From a virus, in IMG/VR virus record IMGVR_UViG_3300045988_149468, positions 32,001-96,000 of that record: a DNA stretch of 64,000 nucleotides, one strand, 5' to 3'. Each line of letters starts with the position of its first letter. The stretch's first letter is position 1. This document shows, piece after piece, positions 49,316 to 58,489 of the stretch. The translations under genes and the position numbers were made by a program. The notes beneath the pieces are model-generated. The model had not been told where the DNA came from. It saw only the letters and a program-made list of their open reading frames with translations, and made no database searches.

Positions 49316-49501
49316 ATGAAAAATAAAAAATCTTTTGAGGTAAGTTTCAAGAATAATATGGAAGACACTCTTTTATATTCCTGGTTAGAAGAAAAATTTA
49401 TAATTCATGGAAATAAGAGTGCCTATGTTAAATATGTTTTAAGAGAAAAAATGTACTCTGAATTAAATCAATCTACTCAAGTAATCAAAAGCAAAAGCTA
49501 A
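49316..49501 (+). CDS. small hypothetical protein, possibly a ribbon-helix-helix type DNA binder
   Basis: 61 aa with a strong SD AAAGGAGGG. The fold guess is weak. Confidence 0.45.
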   Translation: MKNKKSFEVSFKNNMEDTLLYSWLEEKFIIHGNKSAYVKYVLREKMYSELNQSTQVIKSKS

Positions 49502-49591
49502 TCCAAACCAAAACATTGCTTCACCCATTTTATATCACCTCGTTTAATCATAATTATATTATTAGTTTAACCTTAAAGGAGGATTTTATAC

Positions 49592-49966
49592 ATGAAATCT
49601 TATACTTTTGAAGAATATAAACTAATGATGAATAATAAAGAATCACTTCTTGATAAATTTATTTCAAGTCTAAATCAAATTGAATATAAAAAATTAATTA
49701 TTCTGATAGCTTTGTTTATGCATAAAAATTCAATAGTATATTGTGCTACAACTGAAGCAGAGATATCTATGATGGCTAATCAAATATTGCATATTTTAAT
49801 GATATTCAGTAAGTATGGATGTATGTGTATGGGAGTTAAAGCTATTATTGAAAATGCATTACAAGGTGCAAATTTTCGACAAGCTACAACATCTGGTATT
49901 CAATATTTTTTGATATATATTCTTTTAACATTATATCCTAAATTATTTGCTATGATTAAAATGTAA
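49592..49966 (+). CDS. membrane protein (three hydrophobic segments)
   Basis: SD AAAGGAGGA. Segments LIILIALFM, ILHILMIFSKYGCMCMG and IQYFLIYILLTLYP. Confidence 0.5.
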   Translation: MKSYTFEEYKLMMNNKESLLDKFISSLNQIEYKKLIILIALFMHKNSIVYCATTEAEISMMANQILHILMIFSKYGCMCMGVKAIIENALQGANFRQATTSGIQYFLIYILLTLYPKLFAMIKM

Positions 49967-49978
49967 GGAGGTTATATT

Positions 49979-50230
49979 ATGGAAGAAAAGATTGATAAAT
50001 TAATAAATATCATGGATAATTTTTTACACCCAATAGAATCATTTAAAGAATTTGGGTATCAACTTTTAATTAACATTGATAAATTTTCATTTAATATATG
50101 TCTTTTAGCAGGTTTTATAGCTTTATTACTTTATGTATTTGGGTATGATAAAGGTAAAAAATGGGCATTTATAATCCCTTGTGTATATTTGATTTTAAAT
50201 ATTATCATAGGAGTAGTTGCAAATGCTTAA
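49979..50230 (+). CDS. small membrane protein (two TM segments)
   Basis: SD TAAGGAGG. Segments ICLLAGFIALLLYVFG and AFIIPCVYLILNIIIGVV. Confidence 0.5.
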   Translation: MEEKIDKLINIMDNFLHPIESFKEFGYQLLINIDKFSFNICLLAGFIALLLYVFGYDKGKKWAFIIPCVYLILNIIIGVVANA

Positions 50231-52427
50231 CATTCCTATTTCTAAATATATAGAAATTAAACAACAAAAATATATTTATCTAAAACTTATACCCACTAAA
50301 TCAATTAAAAATAATCAAACATATGATATATTAAAATTAGTTAATAAAATGTTTATAAATCTAAATAAACAAATAAAAATTCAAGATAAAAAATTAATAA
50401 TACAAACTCAAATGAAAGCTAGTTATTATATCTACATTACTAAAGAGAAAATCAACTTCTATTTTATTGTTCCTGAAGTATTCTATTCTAAATTTAAAAT
50501 TAAATTTAAAGAAGTATGGAAATCGGTTCAAATAGAGGAATGTAATTATATACCACACATTGAAAACGGATTACAATATCAACTAATATATAAGAAGAAA
50601 GATTTTCTTTCTAGTAATGCAGATATGAGAAATAATGAATTATTAAATGCAAATATGACAATAATGGAATTATTAGAAAATCAAGAAGAAGTGGGAATAT
50701 TATATAATTTCCACCCAATTTCAGAAAAACAAATCAATTATTTTAAAATTTCATGTCAAAAATTCATCAGAGAATATAAGGAAAATTCCATAAAATATAC
50801 GAATAATCAATATTTTAATATAATAATTAAATGTTTAGATTATATGATAGAATTTATCAACTCAACGTTAAACTTTATATTTAATACTAAACAAGTAAAA
50901 AAAATAACACCACAAAAATATTCAGAAAGCACTATAAGAAAAAGTAAATCTGAAATGTGTAAAACTCAAATAGTATTAAATATAAAAGGAAAAAATCAAA
51001 ACCATTCAAAGACATTACTTGAAGGTTTAGTTAATTCATATAGTGAAATTTCAGATGATAATGAATTTATATGTAAAAAGGTTAAGAATGGAAATATAAA
51101 GTCATTAAATACTTCAATATATGAGTGTTCTAATTTTATAAGTTTACCTGGAGATAGTTTAATCAAAGAATATAATAATATAGAACATAATAATATTTAT
51201 GATAAGTCAATTCCTAATTGTTTGAAGAGAGGGCAAGTCCTTCTCGGAAATTCTTTAAAGAATACAAATGTTTATTATTCATCTGATAAAGAATGTAGTA
51301 GATTAGGTAAAGTATTTATAGGAGGAATGGGAAGTGGAAAAACCTACTCAATGATTAAATTAGCCAAACAAATAATAAATAAAGGTGATGGATTAGTCGT
51401 GTTAGATATTATTAAAAATTGTGAATTAGCAGATAGCATTAAGAAAATAACGCCTAAAGATAAATTAATTGAAATAGATTGTGCAAATATAGATCAACTA
51501 CAAGGGTTTTGCTTTAATGAATTAACTTATAATAAATTAGACGAATATGATAAATTAGCTAAATGCATGGAAAAAGCTAATCAACTTCATATTTTGTTAA
51601 ATACAATTAATACAGATACTAAATTAACACCTAGAATGGTTAGGTATTTTTATTCAGCTTGCACAATAGTCTTTTATAGTAATTTTAATGCTAGTTTTAG
51701 AGAGATAACGAGGGTACTTATGTATCCTAAAGAACGAAAGAAAGCCTTAGAATCGCTTACAGAAAGGCAACTTTTTTTACTTCAAGATGAAATAAATAAT
51801 TTAAAAGAGTTGGATAAAGAAAATAAGAACGGAACAATAGAAAACTATGATTCTAAAATAGATGGAATAATTGATAGAGTTAGTATTTTACAAACTAATT
51901 TATATACCAAGTTAGCATTTAATAAATCAGCAGATAAGAATATTAATTTTGTTGAAGCATTAAGTAAAAATAAAGTAATATTAATTAAAGCTAAAGAAAG
52001 TAATTTCACTAATAGAAGTATTAGAGACTTAATAGCAACATTTTTTATTAATAAGGTATGGTTAAGCAAACAATTAAATGCTAATACTAGAACAGAAATA
52101 TTCATAGATGAGATCAATTTATTCCCAACAGCACAAAATATATTCCAAGACACATTAACTGAATGTAGAAAATATAATTTTATACCTACAATTTCATTAC
52201 ACTTCTTTAATCAATGTAATAAAAAATGTAAAGAAGCCATATTAAATTCTGGAATGAATTTTATATTATTAGCTGGTGCAGACATAAGAAATTTTTATGA
52301 ATTAGAAACATTATTTAATAAAGAAGGGTATGATAAGATTGATTTTGTTAATCTCAAAAGATATCAAGCATTATGTTTAATTAGGAATGAAGAAACTGTA
52401 TATTCATCTTTTGTGGTAAATATGTAA
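50223..52427 (+). CDS. FtsK/HerA/VirB4-superfamily P-loop ATPase with an N-terminal domain of about 340 aa of unknown function
   Basis: Walker A VFIGGMGSGKTYS at about aa 365. Walker B TEIFIDEINLF at about aa 620. ATG 50223 lies 9 nt after TAGGAG. Confidence 0.7.
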   Translation: MLNIPISKYIEIKQQKYIYLKLIPTKSIKNNQTYDILKLVNKMFINLNKQIKIQDKKLIIQTQMKASYYIYITKEKINFYFIVPEVFYSKFKIKFKEVWKSVQIEECNYIPHIENGLQYQLIYKKKDFLSSNADMRNNELLNANMTIMELLENQEEVGILYNFHPISEKQINYFKISCQKFIREYKENSIKYTNNQYFNIIIKCLDYMIEFINSTLNFIFNTKQVKKITPQKYSESTIRKSKSEMCKTQIVLNIKGKNQNHSKTLLEGLVNSYSEISDDNEFICKKVKNGNIKSLNTSIYECSNFISLPGDSLIKEYNNIEHNNIYDKSIPNCLKRGQVLLGNSLKNTNVYYSSDKECSRLGKVFIGGMGSGKTYSMIKLAKQIINKGDGLVVLDIIKNCELADSIKKITPKDKLIEIDCANIDQLQGFCFNELTYNKLDEYDKLAKCMEKANQLHILLNTINTDTKLTPRMVRYFYSACTIVFYSNFNASFREITRVLMYPKERKKALESLTERQLFLLQDEINNLKELDKENKNGTIENYDSKIDGIIDRVSILQTNLYTKLAFNKSADKNINFVEALSKNKVILIKAKESNFTNRSIRDLIATFFINKVWLSKQLNANTRTEIFIDEINLFPTAQNIFQDTLTECRKYNFIPTISLHFFNQCNKKCKEAILNSGMNFILLAGADIRNFYELETLFNKEGYDKIDFVNLKRYQALCLIRNEETVYSSFVVNM

Positions 52428-52433
52428 AATAAT

Positions 52434-52456
52434 AGGAGGATAATTCCTCCTTTTTC
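52434..52456 (+). terminator. rho-independent terminator
   Basis: Stem AGGAGGA/TCCTCCT, TAAT loop, then T-run. Confidence 0.65.
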
Positions 52457-52794
52457 TTTATTTTTCTTGAATTATTTTTAGCATAATACTCACTCAAATT
52501 GCTATAACCTTGATATGAACATTCCACAATTAATTCTCAGTCGCTATCGCTCCTTTCATAATTGTTACATATATCATAGCATATGATTTTTGTCTTAAAA
52601 AATATTCCAATTTAACAATATTTTAACATTTATATTATTTATTAATTTGAAGACAATATTAATATACACTTTTACCAACCAATTATTAATTATTATATTC
52701 AATATATACATTGACAAATAATAATTAATATGAATGCTTATGTTACTATCTTATTAATTACTATGTAAGTATAATTTTAATATTAGTATTTTAA

Positions 52795-52830
52795 AAGGGT
52801 TATCGTAATTGATAACCCTTCTTTTTTTTT
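52795..52830. terminator. bidirectional terminator hairpin between convergent blocks
   Basis: 10-bp stem AAGGGTTATC/GATAACCCTT, with T9 on the + side and TTTTAAAA on the - side, 16 nt past the stop of 52846-53226. Confidence 0.65.
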
Positions 52831-52845
52831 ATTTATTTTTAATTG

Positions 52846-53226
52846 TTAATCTGTTGTATCTTGTATCATTTCAATTATATATTTCTCTGGTATTGTGTTA
52901 ATTTCTATAAGATTTTGACAAGCTCTAATACCAACAAAGAAAAATATTATAACTATTATTGGCGTGATTACAGCACAACCTATTGTTATTACATCATCAT
53001 AATATGTATCTTCTGACCATTTAATAAGTTTGACAGACAAATATATAGATATTATTATTGTTAATATTGATATAACTAACCAAAATATACTAGTGTAAGT
53101 TATATATTTAGTTATTCTAACCATTAAATCTTGTAAGTAAGGAATTATATTACTTGATGACCAATCAATTGCTATTCCGAACTTATCACATATATGATCT
53201 AAAACTTTAATCGCTTCATTACTCAT
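52846..53226 (-). CDS. membrane protein
   Basis: SD AAGGAGGG; two long hydrophobic segments. Confidence 0.5.
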   Translation of the reverse strand: MSNEAIKVLDHICDKFGIAIDWSSSNIIPYLQDLMVRITKYITYTSIFWLVISILTIIISIYLSVKLIKWSEDTYYDDVITIGCAVITPIIVIIFFFVGIRACQNLIEINTIPEKYIIEMIQDTTD

Positions 53227-53238
53227 ATTTAACCCTCC

Positions 53239-53508
53239 TTATATTGTAGGTTTGAAATCTCTATTGTAAGCTGATATAAATTCACTAACATCTCTAATTA
53301 ACCATTCTTTTTCATATTTACCTCTTGAAAACATAAACCAATCTACTTTTTTATTATTTCTCCATACTTCTATATAATTTGATTCAGTAGAAAATATTGA
53401 ATCTAAAGCTTTCATTGGATTTTCTGTAACTCTTAATACTTCCCAATCGTCACAAGGTGAAGAATACATACAAACATAAGTTGTTGTACATTTATCTTTA
53501 TCAATCAT
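53239..53508 (-). CDS. hypothetical protein
   Basis: ATG 53508 follows AAGGGAG. The longer track ORF (to 53601) would overlap the upstream gene. Confidence 0.45.
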   Translation of the reverse strand: MIDKDKCTTTYVCMYSSPCDDWEVLRVTENPMKALDSIFSTESNYIEVWRNNKKVDWFMFSRGKYEKEWLIRDVSEFISAYNRDFKPTI

Positions 53509-53521
53509 CACAAACACTCCC

Positions 53522-53935
53522 TTATTCATCATCTTCTGATTTAAACACCATAGTGTGACCTTTATTTTCCGTTGAATAATCATTAACGGTAGTACCATCA
53601 AGTACTGTACTAAATCCTAAATCTTTTTTATTTAACACCTCACATGATGTTGTTACACATTCTATGCTTTCACCTAATAGAGAATTTAAAAACAAATCTA
53701 CATCATCAATTAAATATTTTTGTTTAAATTTATGACCTCTAAATACAATATCTAAATTAGATTTTCTAACTACTATTGGTTCTGGTATTTTTAACTTTAA
53801 TTCTCTTGCTACATCTTTAATATGTTTAGCTTGATATTCAGTATGACAAAGTATTGGATATTCCATTCTAGCACTACGTTTTACTAAAAAGTATGTTTTA
53901 CCTCTGCCTCTATCTAAATTTACTATTTCCATCAT
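53522..53935 (-). CDS. hypothetical protein with a GRGKT P-loop-like motif
   Basis: SD GGAGGG. N-terminal LDRGRGKTY. Confidence 0.5.
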   Translation of the reverse strand: MMEIVNLDRGRGKTYFLVKRSARMEYPILCHTEYQAKHIKDVARELKLKIPEPIVVRKSNLDIVFRGHKFKQKYLIDDVDLFLNSLLGESIECVTTSCEVLNKKDLGFSTVLDGTTVNDYSTENKGHTMVFKSEDDE

Positions 53936-53964
53936 TTATTTCCCTCCATATTTGTTTAAATTAA

Positions 53965-54162
53965 TCATTGTTTTCTTCCTTTCATTTTCCTTTCTTCTAG
54001 TATTATTTCTCCAATTATATAAGAAAGATATATCCCTAATGCTATAAATAATAAATTACTACCTATTTTAGTTGAAAAACTAAAAAATATAAATGCTGTT
54101 ATAAGAATTATTGGTATTGATCCAATTATAATAGCTTGAATTATTTGTTTAAATTTATTCAT
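53965..54162 (-). CDS. small membrane protein
   Basis: SD GGAGGAA; two TM segments. Confidence 0.45.
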   Translation of the reverse strand: MNKFKQIIQAIIIGSIPIILITAFIFFSFSTKIGSNLLFIALGIYLSYIIGEIILEERKMKGRKQ

Positions 54163-54451
54163 TATTTAATTCCTCCAATGGTAATATCTCTTCTAATAAA
54201 TAAAAATCAGATTGTTTAGCTAAATCATAATCTATTATTTCATCTCTTACAAATTTAATAAATTCTTTATCAACTTCTCCAAATTCTAATAGTTTAACAG
54301 TACTTTCATCAGATGATTCTATTTTATTAACTAAACCATTTGTTAATTTATTCGCTGTAACTAAGGCTTTTGTTAATGATTTTAATTCACCACTTTCTTC
54401 CATATCTATTGCTGAAAAATCACATTGACCATTAACGTATATTATCTTCAT
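54155..54451 (-). CDS. hypothetical acidic protein
   Basis: SD AAAGGAGA. Confidence 0.5.
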   Translation of the reverse strand: MKIIYVNGQCDFSAIDMEESGELKSLTKALVTANKLTNGLVNKIESSDESTVKLLEFGEVDKEFIKFVRDEIIDYDLAKQSDFYLLEEILPLEELNNE

Positions 54452-54504
54452 TCTTATCTCCTTTCTAAAAATAAATCTCTATTTCATAATCTTTTAAATT
54501 ATTG

Positions 54505-54729
54505 TCAACTATTTTTATTTTCATATTCTAATATTTTATTAAGAACATCAGTTTGTATATCTTGAAAAATATCTAATCTAATTTTTAATTTCTCTATTTC
54601 TTTATTCAAACATTCTCTTAACTCACTTGATATACTATAGCCTAAAAGATTCTCCATAGCCTTTATTTTATTCTTTATTGGGTCTTGCTTTCTTTCAAAT
54701 AAATTATTCATTTCATTATATAAGATCAT
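54505..54729 (-). CDS. hypothetical protein
   Basis: ATG 54729 follows AAAGGAGAA. The track start 54828 overlaps the upstream small ORF. Confidence 0.45.
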   Translation of the reverse strand: MILYNEMNNLFERKQDPIKNKIKAMENLLGYSISSELRECLNKEIEKLKIRLDIFQDIQTDVLNKILEYENKNS

Positions 54730-54740
54730 ATTATTCTCCT

Positions 54741-54896
54741 TTATTTTTTTAATAATAAAACTGTTATAACATAAATTATTATTTCTAATAATGTGACTAT
54801 TACTACTGGTGCGAACACTACCCACCAAGAAATAGTAATTAATTTTAATAATTTTAAAACTAATAATACTATTGTAATTGCTCCAGATAATGACAT
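54741..54896 (-). CDS. 51-aa hydrophobic peptide (not in the ORF track)
   Basis: My translation: MSLSGAITIVLLVLKLLKLITISWWVVFAPVVIVTLLEIIIYVITVLLLKK. SD GGGAGGAAA lies 5 nt upstream. Confidence 0.4.
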   Translation of the reverse strand: MSLSGAITIVLLVLKLLKLITISWWVVFAPVVIVTLLEIIIYVITVLLLKK

Positions 54897-55006
54897 AAAA
54901 TTTCCTCCCTTATTTTAAAATAAAATTCAGATTTTATTGTTATATTTTAAAGATGCCTAATAGAATAGTCATATGACCGTCCTAGAAGGCATCTCAGCTT
55001 ATTTAA

Positions 55007-55237
55007 CTAACTTTCTAACAAATATGAGTACCAAACCCATATACCACTATCGCATTCGAGTTTATATTCGGGTATATTTTCATCGTCCCAATTTTCTTTA
55101 TCAATTACTTCCTTAACTCTTGTTTCTTTTCCACCATATTTAATCATAGATTTTACTAAATCAAATTTATCTTCTTTATATAATCCTTGTAGTATTTCTT
55201 TAGGTTTTATTTTAACTTTATCCCCTATTTTAAACAT
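55007..55237 (-). CDS. hypothetical protein
   Basis: SD AAGGTGG. Confidence 0.5.
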   Translation of the reverse strand: MFKIGDKVKIKPKEILQGLYKEDKFDLVKSMIKYGGKETRVKEVIDKENWDDENIPEYKLECDSGIWVWYSYLLES

Positions 55238-55255
55238 ATATTACCACCTTATCAT

Positions 55256-56035
55256 TTATTTAGTTCCTGTAGAGCCATCATTGTCAGTATTGTTGTATTG
55301 ATTATTTTCTAATTTTTTATAATTGTCCATGCATTCTTTGGAACAAAATTTACTTGATTTATCTCTCGATTTTATTACCTCGTATTCTTTCCCACAAAAT
55401 TTACATATCTTTTTTACTGAATTTAATTTATGTTTTTCACCTTGATGTATTTTAGCGTGTTCACTTCTAGTAACAATTAGAAGATTACTTATGGAATTAT
55501 TTCTTTTATTTTTATCTATATGATGTACGTCCAAATTAGGATTTAAAACTTTTGCTCCGTTTATATAGATTAAATCACTTTCTTTGGCTAGATATTTTTC
55601 TGCCAAATATCTATGTTCTAAAATTCTTCCATCTCTATCCGATAAAGGATGATTAGGTTTATATATTTTTAAATATCCATTTGAAGTTATACGATTATCA
55701 TTTCTCCAACTTGAATTTTTATTGCCTTTCACTCCATATTGATGATTATTTTCACCAAGCATAGTTATCTTTTTTGACTCATAAAAACATTGTTTAGAAC
55801 AATAATTATTTTTGGATTTTTTTATATGAGATTCTTTTTTATGAAAATATTTGCCACAGTTATCACATTTACAATTATTTTTAGTCATTTTCTTTCTATA
55901 TTCACCTTCACATTTTTTACAACAAAAAGCCAACGCCCTAGTTAATCTTTCTTTATGATATATGAAGATTAACTTTCCACAATTATTACATATCCTAAAT
56001 CCTTTTATTTTTCCTTTACTTGCCACTACTACCAA
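55256..56035 (-). CDS. HNH homing endonuclease with multiple CxxC zinc ribbons
   Basis: DVHHIDKNKRNNSISNLLIVTRSEHAKIH, plus four or five CxxC...CxxC pairs. The start is TTG 56035 or GTG 56026. It overlaps the dUTPase 3' end. Confidence 0.75.
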   Translation of the reverse strand: MVVVASKGKIKGFRICNNCGKLIFIYHKERLTRALAFCCKKCEGEYRKKMTKNNCKCDNCGKYFHKKESHIKKSKNNYCSKQCFYESKKITMLGENNHQYGVKGNKNSSWRNDNRITSNGYLKIYKPNHPLSDRDGRILEHRYLAEKYLAKESDLIYINGAKVLNPNLDVHHIDKNKRNNSISNLLIVTRSEHAKIHQGEKHKLNSVKKICKFCGKEYEVIKSRDKSSKFCSKECMDNYKKLENNQYNNTDNDGSTGTK

Positions 56036-56465
56036 ACCCCCCTGTTCTTTCTTTATTTATACAACAGTCATCATCGGTAGTTAAATATTTTTCAAATATA
56101 CATTGACAAACTCGTTCATTTTCTTCTAACACCACTTCTTTATCCGTTGTATTATACAGTTTAACCCCTATATTTCTAGGGTAATATGATGCATCTATTA
56201 TTCCAGTTCCATTAGAAAGAATAAGTCCTTTTTTGCACCCGATACTACTTCTAACAAATATTTTTAAAACTTCATCATCTTGCATATAAGCACATATATC
56301 TGTAAACTCTAATTCAGAATGCGAATGTGGTGGAATAACCATTCTACATGGTACACGTAAATCATATCCTGCACTACATTTATCATTTCTTTGTGGTAAT
56401 TGAATATTTACTTCTGGATGTTTTCTAAATTCATCTCTCACCAATTCAAAACCTCTTATTTTCAT
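56016..56465 (-). CDS. dut: dUTPase
   Basis: SAGYDL, VRSSIG, GIIDASYY and ERTGGFGSSGK motifs. ATG 56465 (MKIRGFE) follows GGAGGAG. Confidence 0.85.
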   Translation of the reverse strand: MKIRGFELVRDEFRKHPEVNIQLPQRNDKCSAGYDLRVPCRMVIPPHSHSELEFTDICAYMQDDEVLKIFVRSSIGCKKGLILSNGTGIIDASYYPRNIGVKLYNTTDKEVVLEENERVCQCIFEKYLTTDDDCCINKERTGGFGSSGK

Positions 56466-56566
56466 ATTTGCATCTCCTCCATTAACTATTTTATCGTATT
56501 TTTCTAATGCTCTTGCATAATTTTTATATTTATTCATAAATTCATAAGTCAAGCATATCAAACCTC

Positions 56567-56782
56567 CTAGTTTTTTTTAATAAATCCTATCATCTTTAAA
56601 GTATCGTCAAATAACCAATTGATTAATAAATCACCTATAGTTAAACCTACTATAAATACAATAAATGATTCGAATTTGTAAAGTGTGTTTCCAAATATAT
56701 TAGCATATATAATCACTACTATATACAAACTTAAAAAATTAACACAAGCATTTCTCATTGCTTTAAATATTTTATTCCACAT
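56567..56782 (-). CDS. small membrane protein
   Basis: SD GAAGGAGAA; two TM segments. Confidence 0.45.
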   Translation of the reverse strand: MWNKIFKAMRNACVNFLSLYIVVIIYANIFGNTLYKFESFIVFIVGLTIGDLLINWLFDDTLKMIGFIKKN

Positions 56783-56784
56783 AA

Positions 56785-57303
56785 TTATTCTCCTTCAGTT
56801 TTAATTAATATATTTTTTAAATAAGCTAAACCAATACCTATTGCATCACATATATCATCATTTTTGTCCTTATTTTTAGGTATAAATTCAAAATCTATGA
56901 TGTTATTTTTAATCAAATAATCATAACATTTTTTCTTTTTATCATTACTTGTGCCTTTATTTATGCCTAATATTTTTCTCCATTCATTCGGGAAGTAATA
57001 ATGAACGTTTATATCGAATCTATTAGCTGTCCTCATAATTCCACCTATTAATTTTCTTAATACTAATATTGTTTTACTATTCACAGATGTAAACTGATCT
57101 TCACAAACTAGTTCGTCTATTTCATATTTAATTATTAATTGTTCTATTTCATCACATATATAATTAAGTCTTAAATCTTCTGTTTTGAATTTATCTTTTT
57201 TAGTAACTATTTTGCCATATTTTATTAATTGTTCACCTTCAAATATTGCATATCCTGTACTGGCTATACTTGCATCTAAACTTAATAAAATAATAACAAT
57301 CAC
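56785..57303 (-). CDS. RuvC-like Holliday junction resolvase
   Basis: LSLDASIASTGYAIFE (first Asp), ELVCEDQF (Glu) and DDICDAIGIG (Asp). The start is uncertain because GTG abuts the SD; an in-frame ATT about 8 nt downstream is possible. Confidence 0.7.
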   Translation of the reverse strand: MIVIILLSLDASIASTGYAIFEGEQLIKYGKIVTKKDKFKTEDLRLNYICDEIEQLIIKYEIDELVCEDQFTSVNSKTILVLRKLIGGIMRTANRFDINVHYYFPNEWRKILGINKGTSNDKKKKCYDYLIKNNIIDFEFIPKNKDKNDDICDAIGIGLAYLKNILIKTEGE

Positions 57304-57404
57304 CTCCTTCCTTATTAATTATTATATTTGATTATTTATTATTGAATAAGGATTTAATTAAAAATATTAACAATAATATTAATAAATATAATAAACCTTT
57401 CATT

Positions 57405-57578
57405 CTATTTCTCCTTTAATTCATCTATAGCTGAAGTAAATACATCACACAATGTATAAGCATTTACATCTTCATTTCTATCACAAGTTGATCTTATAGG
57501 ACAATTCACACAACTTTCTATTTCATCTAATGCTCTTGACAATCTTTTAAATATTAATAATAATTTTGTTTCATCCAT
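57405..57578 (-). CDS. 57-aa Cys-rich protein (not in the ORF track)
   Basis: My translation: MDETKLLLIFKRLSRALDEIESCVNCPIRSTCDRNEDVNAYTLCDVFTSAIDELKEK. SD GGAGAG. Confidence 0.4.
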   Translation of the reverse strand: MDETKLLLIFKRLSRALDEIESCVNCPIRSTCDRNEDVNAYTLCDVFTSAIDELKEK

Positions 57579-57581
57579 TAT

Positions 57582-58160
57582 TTACTCTCCTTGTAAATTT
57601 CTACTACTCGCCCATAGAAAACAGTAATTGGCAAGATCTACTATTGTATCTGTTATAGATTCATCCCTAACTTCTACTTTTCCATTTTCTAACAAAGAAC
57701 ATATCCTATTGTATTTATCTGTTATTCTCACCAAATAACTTACATCACCAAATTTTTCATATGTGTCTTGTACACTTGAACCATAATCGGCATTTTTACG
57801 TTTGCACAACTTAACAGTTTCATTTACTATTCTTTCATATTCTTCCATGAATGGATTGACAGGATCATCTTCAACTTTTACATTTTTAATTTCTTGTGGT
57901 TTTGATAATTTCGTTAATTCCTCAAACATTTTACAATCTATAATATCTTTCGTAAGATATTTACCCTCTTCAATTATTGGATTGCATAATTCTATTTCAT
58001 CTTCGTTGCATTGATAATATTTGTCAGCTTCTATTTGATATTCTTCAAACGATTGTTGTTTGTCATTTTCATCTAAATATTCATTATATCCCCTTGATAT
58101 TATTATCCCTACTATACCATTTGATCTTATTCTTACTTTTTCTCCTAAATTGAATTTCAT
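57582..58160 (-). CDS. DUF1599 (Nmad1) domain protein with SH3-like N-terminus
   Basis: KRKNADYGSSVQDTYEKFGDVSYLVRITDKYNRI...DTIVDLANYCFLW matches the DUF1599 pattern. Confidence 0.65.
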   Translation of the reverse strand: MKFNLGEKVRIRSNGIVGIIISRGYNEYLDENDKQQSFEEYQIEADKYYQCNEDEIELCNPIIEEGKYLTKDIIDCKMFEELTKLSKPQEIKNVKVEDDPVNPFMEEYERIVNETVKLCKRKNADYGSSVQDTYEKFGDVSYLVRITDKYNRICSLLENGKVEVRDESITDTIVDLANYCFLWASSRNLQGE

Positions 58161-58212
58161 ATAACTACCCCTTTCTGGAGGGAATTACCCTCCTTATTAA
58201 TTTATATATTGT

Positions 58213-58422
58213 TTATAATCTTTCTAATATGAATAAACTTTTATTGTCAAATATACCATATAGATTATCTTTTATATTGATTAACTTATTTGTTTTTAAT
58301 TTAATGTGTTTACCTGATGATGTAGTTAAATATGTCTCTTTATCTTGTGTTAATTCACAAGTATCATTGATTATTCCATATAGATTTTTATAATCACTCT
58401 TTAAAAATAATATTTTATACAT
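58213..58422 (-). CDS. hypothetical protein
   Basis: SD AAGGAGC with the leader motif. Confidence 0.45.
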   Translation of the reverse strand: MYKILFLKSDYKNLYGIINDTCELTQDKETYLTTSSGKHIKLKTNKLINIKDNLYGIFDNKSLFILERL

Positions 58423-58454
58423 TATATCAGCTCCTTATTAATTTCTATATTAAT

Positions 58455-58483
58455 ATAATAACATAAATGGTATTTATTGTCAA
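58455..58483 (-). promoter_or_regulatory. sigma-70-type promoter plus conserved leader
   Basis: On the minus strand: TTGACA (58483-78), 17 bp, TATTAT (58460-55), 11 bp, AATTAATAAGGAG (58443-). Confidence 0.5.
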
Positions 58484-58489
58484 TACTTA

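Noticed and set aside
48199-52427. The recombinase/membrane-protein/ATPase block as an integrated inovirus (Zot-like assembly ATPase plus coat proteins).
   Set aside because: The Walker A motif is mid-protein rather than N-terminal, there is no C-terminal TM segment typical of pI/Zot, and no rolling-circle Rep gene is present.
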